From the human T2T-CHM13v2.0 reference genome, Homo sapiens, in NCBI RefSeq assembly GCF_009914755.1, contig NC_060931.1: DNA of 64,000 bases. One strand, written 5' to 3'. A program made the translations under genes and the position numbers. Shown here piece by piece: positions 28,426-39,900 of this stretch. Position 1 is the first letter of the stretch. Each line of letters starts with the position of its first letter. The notes under the pieces are model-generated. The model saw only the letters and a list, made by a program, of their open reading frames with translations. It made no database searches and was not told the origin of the DNA.

Positions 28426-31400
28426 GGCAAAAAGAGATGAGGAAACATCTCTTCTATATCAACATAGAGTGCTAAACTATATATTGCCTTTAAGAAAAGT
28501 TCCTTTTTACACTTTTCTTATTATCTTGGATCATGTCCAATCTGTAAGGAAATAAACATGTGAAGAAAGAGTTCTGTGGAATGTTAACTGCTCTGCTATT
28601 TTTCTTCTTTTTATCATGGCCCAAGATTCACCAAAGTTGAGATAAATTCACCATGCCTTCTTTAAAAAGCGTGACAGCAAGGCATTCTTCCTGTAGGAGT
28701 CAGACTGTAAAAGGTGATTTCCTTTTACTCCAGTTGGTTTAAGCCTGTAAAAAGCATTAAGTGAAAAATATGATATATTTTTAGGGCATTTATTGCATTA
28801 CTAAGTTATACTTTCAGTTCTCAGTGAAAGGTTTATTGAGAACATAAACTTTGAAGAGGTTTGTTCAGGATTAAAGATATATTTTTTCTTCTCTTTTCAT
28901 GAAATAATATTATACAAAATTATGCCTTTCAAGAGCTATTTTTAGTGCTACTTATAGTTGAAGGACATACTGTTCCAAAACCTTCCTCTGATGATGAGAT
29001 TTGTAACTTCTCTAGGGTTTCAGAAGAATGAAAGGCTAGGTAGCCACCATTTCTGTTAACTCCATTTACCATAATGCAGATGCGCCAATAAGTTACACTT
29101 TTTACCAGAGCCTCTGATGGTGAAAATGTTTTTCATACTGCTTGGATAATTTGGACTAAATATTTATAACCAATCTCTCTGAAACATAAGCCATTCCTAA
29201 ATTTTTACATAGACTGAATTTTTGGATAAATGAAGATTTGGGTTTAAACACCCATTCAATCTTTTATCATAAAAAATGAGAGTTGTCTGTTTCAGTTGAA
29301 ACAGTGCTTTAATCAACCACTTTGAATTCAGGAAAATTGGGTAATCTTTATTCTCCAAATAGTATAAATATTCAAAGCATCACAGGAGTATAACATTCAC
29401 TAACAATTTACTTTGCTTCACTCTTGATTTCCTAAAAACATTTTAAAACCTGTGAAGTCGGTGAAATAATAAGATGCCTATAATCGATTTAAGCAAGTTA
29501 TGGTAAGAAAAGGTCAATCTTCACAGCAGTCCTGTGAAGTAGGAGAGGGCTATTAACTTTATCCTAATCTGTATCCAGAAGTTGGAAAGGTTGTGAGTTA
29601 CCTAATGTCTTTCAGGTAACAATGGGATTTCATACAGGGTGGGTTTGTGTGGTTATGAAGGTCTAGTGCTTATTATAGATAGGCTATAACTGTAAATAAA
29701 ATAACTGGGAAGCTGGAAATCAATTCTGTTGAATACATGTCTTTGGGTTTGAGGATATTCTATGCTGACTTGTGAGGTTAGACTTTTAAGTATTCTGCAA
29801 ACCTTATTCTGATTATAAAGGTCAGTTATTGTAAATGTATTTTTCTTCTATCAAGTCTTCTAGTCAGAGGGTTGAAAAGTAATTATTGGTGCCTCTTTTG
29901 CTGTTTACTGCTTTGTTGAAGTAAAATACTTAATAAAAATTATAAAATCATATAATCACTGGTTCACTAAATCTAGGGATCTTTTCTAAAATATAACTGA
30001 GATACGAGTATAATGACTGACAGGTTTGTACTACCCCATATATGAAAAATACTATTAATGTTTGGTGATCTCTGATAAATCATAGGAGAAGTTTTTAATT
30101 ATGCTATTTATGCATGTAGAATTATAGTTTAAGTGCACATGGATTATAGTGTTCTGTATAAATTATTAAAAATAAAACTTCATCACTGAAAACAGTCACT
30201 GCCAGTAGGCACTGGGGAAGATTGCAAAAGGAATTAAAGTGGAAGCTCTGCAAAAGCAATGTAGTGAAGCAGTTACCTTATTCTGTCCTGTAGACAGTAG
30301 AGCGGAAACATGATCTACTTTTGTAGGAGTTAAATGAAAATAAGTTTAAATAAACGAGGGCTCTTGTTGAAAAGAATATAACAAATTCATGTATATTAGT
30401 CTATGAATATTTTATGATAATGTCTGTATCAATGGATTTATGAAAGGTAAATATGAAAATAGCATCATATTAGTACGCAGGAAAGGCTGCTATAATTATG
30501 TCATAAGTTAACAGATTTTTAAAAAGCAGATCACCCTTTCTTTGGTTTTGGAATGATCTTAAACATTTGAAGACATCTCTTTTTCCAGGAAGGGTAGAAA
30601 ATAGTAATAAATAAAATCAAGGCTGGGGAATTACTACCAAGCTAAGCTCTGAAATCCAAAGCAAGAATTTAATATTTTCATTTTTCTGGCCCACTTTTGG
30701 CAGTTTAGAATAGCCTTAGAATGTCAGTGCTAGCATTTTCAAAAACTTGATTCATTTCAGATCCTGCTGAGGGCTCTTCAACACTTTCTGTACTTTTCCA
30801 TCAGGTAGAGTTGACTGCAAGGGCAGCTGTGTATTGAGTAAGGGTTAGATCTGATGGGGAGACCTAGCAGTGTAGATTCGTATGATTATTCATCTTGTTC
30901 ATGTTAAGGCTGGACTCTCCCCATTGTCCTTATTTAGCATAGGACAGTGGAGGTGTTAACAAGAATATAGAAAGAATAGTCTCTATAGCAATATAGTTCA
31001 AAATTAAAGGAAAAGAGAGAAATATGGAAAAATGTAATGTGTTCTTAAGGAAAACTTTAGGAATAATCTAATAACCCCTTTACCAACTGAGTAATGTACA
31101 GCTAGCAATAACTCTTTGGCATGGCATGCAATGGACACTAAGATGTAAGTATCAGAAGTCTGAATACTCCCCATTTTGTAAGCATGACCCTTTGATCATC
31201 TGGATCAAATAAAATAATACATGGGAAGGCATTTTGTGAACTGTAGAGCTGCCTACAAATAGCATTATTCTAATATAGCATTGGCTGTCAAGTGAGCTGA
31301 CCATTATGGGAATGAGTGTCTGCCAGGGAGATTGTGGCATTAAACAATTTCATTAGAATAAGTGAATAAGTATTGAGTATTTTTATGTACTAAAACTACA

Positions 31401-32850
31401 GCCTATTTACAGAAACTAATATAAAAATGTTATCAGTTTGTTTTGAGGGGAGGAATCTCATTATTTTTTTTACATTGAGTACAGTGAGAAAGGAAGTCCC
31501 AGTGTTAAACAACTCTGTGTCTTCATTATTAATGTAACTACGAGTCTTGCTTCTCATTTCATTGCACAGCCCAGCACCTGGGGTTGAGAAGTACACTGCA
31601 CAGGGCTGAATCTTTTCTTCTGTTAGTCTTTATTTTCCCCAAGAGTTTATTCCAATGTCAGATTCACTCATGTTCTGCTTGACCAATTTCTGACCCCTCC
31701 TTGCAAAATGAATAAATTTAAGCCTGTTTGCTAAAAGTAAGTCATTTTTTGAAAAACAAAAGCAGTGTTATGACCATAGTACTCCCTCTAAGACAAAAAG
31801 CTTTGATAAGAGGGGGTTACATGAGCATTTGAGCATTTTGCTTTGGATGTGTAGACAAGAAGACTGCTGCATCTGACAGTTCTGTTCAGTAGTTAAGGAA
31901 AACAGACAGACTTGTCTTTATTGGTGGGTGGACTTCTTCACAAATCATCCAGATCATTTTCAAGAGATCAGATGTTGATTAATTCAGTGGCCAGCACCCG
32001 CATTGGTATCCTTGCCACAGAGATGTGCACTGTCAATTGAAGGGATCCAGGCTCTGTGGCTTTGCTCTGTGAAGAGTGTGACGGTGCATAAAGTATGAGT
32101 ATAGACCCTCTGCATCACTCACTCCAGGTTGGTTGTTGTACTTCCAACTCTGTAAAAGAAAGCACACTATTATGCTTCAGACATAGGCCCATAGTGAGTG
32201 TAATAGTATCCCGTCACCATATAAAATGTAAGTGAGGAACATTCTAGAACTTTTTCTTCCCATTTAAGCTTTTTATATGGAATTTTGTATCTCCATTGAA
32301 TGGTCTAATATGTAAATTACACCTACCACACCTTTACTCTTTATATCCAGTTTTCATGAGCTAAAACAATAAATTCCAGTGGAGAGTTTTATAGAGATTT
32401 AGAAGCCACCCTTGGGAACAAAATGTAGCTTGCCTTAGTTGTTATACAAGCAGGTGTATCATCAGTTTTAGAGGGAGTCTTTTAGAACTATAGTGTAAAA
32501 AAAAAAAACCCTAAATCAAAACAAACATCCATGCAGTCCTAGTTTATAAGTTAACCTTAAAAAGGCAAGGATCAACTTCCTTCCCACTTCAAAAACCAAA
32601 CCAAATCAGAAAAAAAAAAAAGAAAATGACATCTTCCGGGGGATGTATAGTTTGAAGAGGTTCTTTAAGGACCAGGACCTGAACATAAGATGTTTTTGCT
32701 CAAAAATGACTGCCTACTTCTTCAATTTTTATTTCTCAGGTAATGTGAAACCTCTATAGATATAACCATTGATATACTCATTACTCAAGCAAACATTCAG
32801 TCATTTAGCAGATGTTGTGTCTCCACATTGTATTAGAAATGCTGCCTTCC

Positions 32851-33141
<291 letters not shown>

Positions 33142-33704
33142 AAATGCTGTCTTCCAGGAAGTAGCCCTCTTCGTCTTGCCACAACCAGTGGACCTCCTCT
33201 TTTTCTTTTTTGCACCACCATTTTTGTCCTCCACTTTCCATTCCATCTTTTCAACTTTGATGGTACTCTCTAGTCTGGCAGAGGACTCCAGGTTTACTTT
33301 GCTCTTTGTCTGTTTTCAGGAAGTCTTAGAAACTTAGGTTAGATTTTGAAAAAGCGCTAGTTTCAAGGTTGAGTGGAGAGAAGTGAGAGGCACTGTTTGT
33401 TCCTTTCATTGGTGGCAGAGCAGGAAATTCTGGTAGGTCAGCCCTGGCAGGCCAGTACAGCTGTGCTAACTCTCCCTGCCTCTAGTTCACAATCTGGTTC
33501 TTCCCAGATTGGAGGATATGTAGCATTAGAGCTAGGACAACTCTTAAAGACAATCTATTCCATCTTCCTCATTTCTGAGGTATAAAAACTAACCTGTACA
33601 GGGAATAAGGAGAATATCCTGCTCTATATTCATGGTCTAAGACTGTTTTTCACTATTCATGTTACCTTCTTTCATACATTTTTTTAAAAAACTGCAAGGA
33701 GACC

Positions 33705-33747
<43 letters not shown>

Positions 33748-33752
33748 TGTGT
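33705..33752. repeat. (GA)n microsatellite
   Basis: Read directly. Confidence 0.9.
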
Positions 33753-34899
33753 ATTGCATGGATAAGGACTAGAAAAATGCAGAAAATTCTTTATAATTAG
33801 AAGAGCAGCATACTGTTATTTTCAACTGTATTAAAAGCACTTGTTTCATAGTTATTCGCAATATAAGATTCTCATACCACACATACTCTGAATTCAGTAG
33901 GGATTGTTTATGTCTTGTCATCCAGGTTTATAATTTTAAAATTCCTTAGTTTTTTTTTAAAAGAGTTTCCATGAACAACAAACGTCTTTTTACAAAATGA
34001 ATGTAGAATGAACATAACAGTCTCTTGTCCCACATACCCTTCCAGGTTTTTCTGACCCCTTGTGAACATAGAGGCTCATTGAGTACACCCCCACCAACCT
34101 GATGGGCCCAGTTCCATCAGCCTGAGGCAGATTCTCACTCAGTGACCTGCGATAGAACACTGAAATCTATAGGAGGGCCTCACCATTGGCAGCAGCATCT
34201 CTGGGTAGGCTGGAGCATCCCTTGAGGCGTAATTGGGAATCCCCTCAAGACAAGGAAGTTCTAATTTCAGCCACTCACAGGAGGGCAGCTTTCCATCCTT
34301 AATGCCTGAATGTTCTTTGTGAAAAATCTGCAGTCTTCCATCTCTCTAAATGGCTCCATCTTCTGAATTTTTATTATAGTCCCCCTGACCTGGCCCTCTC
34401 ACATGGCCCAATGTTCATCCTTCTTGATCAAAATGTAGAACCATCCAAAAAGATTGTCCAGTTCCCTTTTGCTAACCTCTCTCACCCTCCCTCCAGCCTA
34501 TGTCAAACACTGATCAGTTTTCTGTTTATATAATTTTGGCTTTTCCAGAATGTTGTATAAATGGAATTATATATCTATAAGAGGCCTCTTGCCTCTTCAC
34601 TTTGGATGATGCATTTGAGATTCATCTAGACATTGTGTGGTGAAAAAATGTCAGCCTGAATCAACTTCAGATAATTAGTTTCTGAGACTAAACAGAGGTG
34701 ACCTAACAGAATTAGTTTTAAAAGAGAGAGATGGGGCAATGAAAGAATACCAGGGAGAAAGACCTAAAAATTATAAGTGTAGGTGATTATTTTGTGATTA
34801 TTCCAGGGAGAAAGACTTAAAAATTATAAGCATAGATGATTTTATAGTAACTAATTAGATTACAGGGATTATAAATATATGCCTATAGGGAAAAAAATA

Positions 34900-36660
34900 T
34901 CTCTTCTACTACTCCTAGTACTAAAAGTCACCTAAAATGCTGGATACAATACACCAAGCACGTGATTTCAGATGCGCAGCTGAACCAAGAAGAAAATAAG
35001 TAAAATCTCCAGAAAGGCCAAGAATGAAGAAAGACAGGAAACCAGAAGAATAATCAAATGCTAAAGTTGCAGCTGCCCTGAAGTTGTTCTCTAAAATAGA
35101 AACATGAAACCACTTGGGGATCAGGAAACAAGGCCTTCGGCCTGAAGAAGGTAGGGAATAGGAATTGAGATTCTCCACACAGAGTGGGGACCCTCAAAGC
35201 ACATTAGTGGGCTTCAGTAATGTAATTCAGCCCCAGTAATGGACTCAGAAATAACTGCTTCCAACAAAGAAAGACCACAAGAACAATTGTTGGTGCCAGC
35301 CTTCACTATGGATGGGGATGTAAAAGTCTGATATGAGAATTTCTACGTATTCAGGCTTAAATTTACACAGTTTGCATGCTCTTGGAAACCAACAGCAAGA
35401 ACTTGGAGTACCCATGTATTGGGAGAGCCTCAGGCCTTTTGACAGAAGCAAAAGAAAATCCTTATGGGGAAACACATTCTCAATCCAGGCCTCTCAGGTT
35501 TCCCATAGATTAACATTAGACAACCATGGGCTCACAATCCAAAAATTATAAAGCATATGAGGAAAAAGTTATTGCAAGTGAGGATCAGTAGCAAAAGCAA
35601 CAAAATTGAACTCTCCTGTCACCCAGCATTTTAGGTATTGGGAGTTATCAGACATACAACTATATTTAAAATGTTGTAGTAAAGAAATAAGATCATATAA
35701 AAAACTTAAGAGACTATCAAAACTGAATAGGCAAATTTGTCAAAGAATTGAAAAGACCTTATAAAATCAAAATGAACAGGGAAAATAGCATATTAGATGC
35801 AATTGATTAAATAATTCATTGAACTGAGCGATGGCTCTGAAGTAATTGCCCAGAATGGAAAACAGGGACAAACAGATGGAAAACATGAAAGAGTAAAGAC
35901 ATGGACAATTTAATGAGATCGCATTGCATCCAAATTACAAAATGAGAGAAGAGATAGAATTGGGGAAAGATAATATTTGAGGGGTAATGGCTGGGATTTT
36001 TTCTTGAATTGTTGAAGAACATGAAACCTCAAATTCAGGAAACACAGTGAGTGCCAAGCAGGTTAAATAAAAAGAAGACCTAACATTGCAATTGCAGAAC
36101 TCTGAAGAGGAAGAGAAGAGCACAAAGAGGCAGAAACAACAGAAGCCTATGGAATAATGTCTTCAGAGGGTTAAGGGAAAATGCCTTGAGCCTGCATATA
36201 GAATTATTAAATATATACCCAGCCAACCCATTATCCTGTATGAAAACAAAACAGAATTTACCATCAAATGATGCTCATTGAAATAACTGCTATCATTTGT
36301 ATTTCTGGCACAAAAAAATAATCTGGGAGGGAATGTCTGAAACATGAGAAGAAAGGTGATTAAATAAATTAGTAAACATGGGTAAATAAAATAATAACAG
36401 TAACAGTAATAATAATAATGTCTAATATGTGTCCTTAAAAAGCATAGAAAATAGAAATAAAATATTAGACAATAATATGATAGATGAGACTGTGTCATTA
36501 GAATTAAAGTATTCCAATATTTTTGTACACGAGAGTAAAAATAGAATTGAACTCTAAATTTTAAGTTAAATAGAGTTAAATATTAAAAAGTTAAGGAGCC
36601 ATCCACTTGGAGAACTGAGGGTGAAGATGTAAAGTATGGAAATTTATTTTTATATCTTTG
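34900..36660 (+). mobile_element. Ancient L1M, 5'/ORF1 region (left part, before the pseudogene)
   Basis: A-rich degenerate ORF1-like motifs (aatatttgaggggtaatggctggga, tttcttgaattgttgaaga, ggaataatgtcttcagagggttaagggaaa). Confidence 0.6.
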
Positions 36661-36720
36661 ATGGTAAAAGATACTAAGCCAACCTACACCAAGAGAGGTC
36701 ACTGCTAGCTGCAGGTTGGG

Positions 36721-39300
36721 CAGTTCTGTAGTGTTCTTGGTCATGCATTTGCAAAGTTTCTGAGGGGCAGTGGAGATTATTATCAGGCATACAGCATGAC
36801 TTCTGTGCAAACAGGTGAACTATAGAAAGTCATTACCATTCTACCAAGCAGCTCCATGAGAGGGGTTAACTAGGACACAGGAGAATCAAATTAAAATCAG
36901 GAAAGCATTTTACAAGAGTTTTGACCTAGATGGGTAAACCTAGGGAACTTCCTTTCTGTTGCCTCATTACTGAATTAAAGAATTGGTCTTGCTTTTCAGG
37001 AGGTTCATTTCACGTCCTGCTACTGCCATCTTCATACTCCAAAGCACTGAAGATTTCAAGTGTAGTATAAAGTGTGGTACATTGAAGTAGACTTCAGTTA
37101 TTTTTACATTATTTTTTACATCATTTCTGTATGCTTTATTCAAAAAATGTTTTCATTTTTAAATAACCCTATTGAGTGCTTTTTAACTAACATAACTCAA
37201 ATGAATAGGTCAGGTCATGTGAAGTCACACACAGGACATTCTAGTCAGTATGACCTTAAATGAATGTTAAAGGAAATTTAAAAGTATGGTCTTACCCAGT
37301 AGTGAGAATATGTGAAGCAACTTACAATACTGCTCTTGTGAGAAAGAAGGCATCCAGGTTCTGAATAATGGTACACTGCCATTTATCCAAGCCTGTTGAT
37401 GACTGGTTATGTTTTGTAAAATGAAGTTTCTTGGAGAGGCTAGTTGTTGTATTAAATATTACTGTCATCATGTTGCTGGTTTTGGGAGAGCTCTAGTGTT
37501 CGTTGTCCAAGCATTAAAGTGGAATGAAATATGAAGATGCAGTAAAGTTCGTAAGACAAAAGTGAAATGGAAATGTTAGAAGCAAGCAGTTTTTCTCTTT
37601 GGAGCAGTATTGTCCTACAATGCAGCTGCACTTCCTAGACACCAGCAGTCAGAGAAACAACTCTTGCAGTAAATAAAACCGGGCTACCTGATGCAATTGC
37701 TTTGGAAATGGAACTTTTAAGACAGGACCCAGTTTATCAAACATATTAGCCAATGTGTAGGCTTAGCGAATGATAAGTCTAATGAAGCTTCTGCAGGAGT
37801 ATTGGTGAGCATTTTTACCAGGCCTCAAGAGCTTGACAGAATTGAAACCTCTGTATTTGGATTATGATCAGCTTGTTTGAACACTCAGCAAAAGATGCTT
37901 GTTTGTCCAGGCGCAGTGGCTCACGCCTGTAATCCCAGTACTTTAGGAGGCTGAAGCGGGCGGATCACTTGAGGTCAGGAGTTCAAGACCAACCTGGCCA
38001 ACATGGTGAAACCCTGTCTCTACTAAAAATACAAAAATTAGCCAGGCATGGTGGCGCAAGCCTGTACTCTCAGCCACTCTCAGGCTGAGGCGTGAGAATC
38101 GCTTGAACCTGGGAGACAGAGGTTGCAGTGAGCCAAGGTCATACCACTGCACTCCAGCCTGGGCAGCAGAGTGAGACTCTGTCTCAAAAAAGAAAAAAGA
38201 GAAGCTTGTTGTTCAACACTTAAAGCATGTTTACCATTCGTTTGAGTTGACCTTTCCTGAAATCATGCAGTTTTGAGTTATGTGTTCTTGAAGTCTATTC
38301 ACATTCTTGAATCTTATCAATATATAAGGAATATAGAGATATTGGGTGCCAAAATACCCAGCATAATACTTGTATGTTTTTAATGTCCTACAGAATTTAA
38401 AACCTAAGAACTGTGAACAGTCTATGCCTTCTGTGATTTATTCCTTCAGTCATTTCAAACATTAATAGTGGTGCCTGTATGGCTATTTGCCTGCCACTAT
38501 ATGTTTATAACTGCCACATTTAAAACAGTGTACGTCAGATTTGTGTACCCATTGATTTTGTTGGCTTTCATCCAAGTTTAATGATGATTTCTTAATGTCT
38601 TTTTATAAATCTCATTTCGTGCTATTATGAAAACCTCCATTTTGAAAATCACAAACCTCTGGTTGAAAAGTTCATGCAAAGTCCACATTGCACAGAAGCA
38701 CATATTTTTAATGTCTGTCTCCAGACCAAAAAAGTCTTAAAGTTAATTTAATGTCTGCATTTGAGGTGCAACTTAAAAGAGAAGATCTGAAGGAGGAGTG
38801 GGAGAGCTATAAAGTAGTTTTAGCAAAATGTGTTTGTGTTGTTTAGGACATATGCTCTTTAGTAAATATTTTTTAAGGTAGACATGCCTTATGATGGTAG
38901 CTGAAATAATTGTTAATAATAAAATTTTTGAAAATCTTGTAATTTTTTCCCATATCTATTGGAAGTTGTTTACCAGCTGTTATTGTTTGAAATGTGATTG
39001 TTGTCTATCTCTTCCCAACCTCTCTTGCAAAAAGAGAAGTTAACTTCTGGTAGTGAATTGAGCAGAAATGTAATATTTTTTAAGCCTGTTGCTCTGTGTA
39101 ACTTAATATTTGCATACTTAATTGTTTTATTATACAATCAGTGAAATGGTAATGTATATTGATGTCCATTCAACCATATACTTACACTGTCTGGACTGTG
39201 TGTTTCCAGTTTTGTGGGACAAATAATTTGTCAGCGTTCACCAGCTTCCAAAAACTTGTGAAAGCTTAAACACCTAAATTGATGATGAATGCAAAAAAGA
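36721..39300 (+). pseudogene. PTP4A1P3: Processed (intronless) pseudogene of PTP4A1/PRL-1 with 5'UTR, decayed CDS (~37192-37676) and ~1.6 kb 3'UTR; 3' boundary approximate
   Basis: Fragments translate as PRL-1-like peptides: VRICEATYNTALV, KEGIQVL, VDDWL, HHVAGFGRA (parent HCVAGLGRA), GMKYEDAVKFVRQK, and RNNSCSK* (parent RNNCCIQ*). The start codon is ATA; there are frameshifts and stops and no introns. Both UTR flanks resemble the PTP4A1 mRNA as recalled. The P3 suffix is from memory and should be checked. Confidence 0.9.
37904..38200 (+). mobile_element. Alu (AluS-like) inserted in the PTP4A1 pseudogene 3'UTR
   Basis: Full dimer; degenerate TSD with core GCTTGTT on both sides; pseudogene similarity resumes after it. 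Confidence 0.93.
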
Positions 39301-39309
39301 AGACGAAAA

Positions 39310-39900
39310 ATTAAGAGGAATTACCAATTACATGGAAATAGAATGCATAACTTCTAGAAGTTATACTTCTAAAATAGTTCTATCTAAAATAAACCCAATC
39401 CAAAAGAAGACAGGTAAAGAGAAAAAAGGTAAAGGCGGACAAAATAGGATGCAGAATTAATCTGGTAGCAGTAATTCCAAATATATCAATAATCACAAAA
39501 TGTAAATGGACTAAACTTTCTCCTTGAGAGATGAGGATTATTTAATTGGATAAAAATTAAACTTAGCTGAATAATATTTATGAAAGAGACACCCTAATAT
39601 TACATGTATGAAACATTAAAAATAAGCAGGTAACAAAAGGTATGGCAGGCAAATACTAAACAAAAGAAGCTGAGGTCATTATATTGTATTAATGTGAGAA
39701 TAAAATGAACTTTAGCCTAGAAAGCTTTATGAAAGATAAAGAGTGTCATGACATAAGGATTAAAGACTGAATTTACCAAGAAGAGATAATAGTGCTAGAC
39801 TGCTATGCATTTAATTACCCAGCCTTATAATATAAAACAAAAATTGATGGAATTCCAAGGAAAGATTGAAAAAAGTCTCCCATCACAATGGGAGATTGAG
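39310..39900 (+). mobile_element. Ancient L1M, inter-ORF/ORF2 endonuclease start (right part)
   Basis: atatatcaataatcacaaaatgtaaatggactaaac corresponds to the ORF2 N-terminus (ISIITxNVNGLN); aggcaaatactaaacaaaagaagctg. Confidence 0.65.

Noticed and set aside
37192-37676. Functional PRL phosphatase retrogene
   Set aside because: Start codon lost, several indels and stops, catalytic Cys and CaaX box destroyed.
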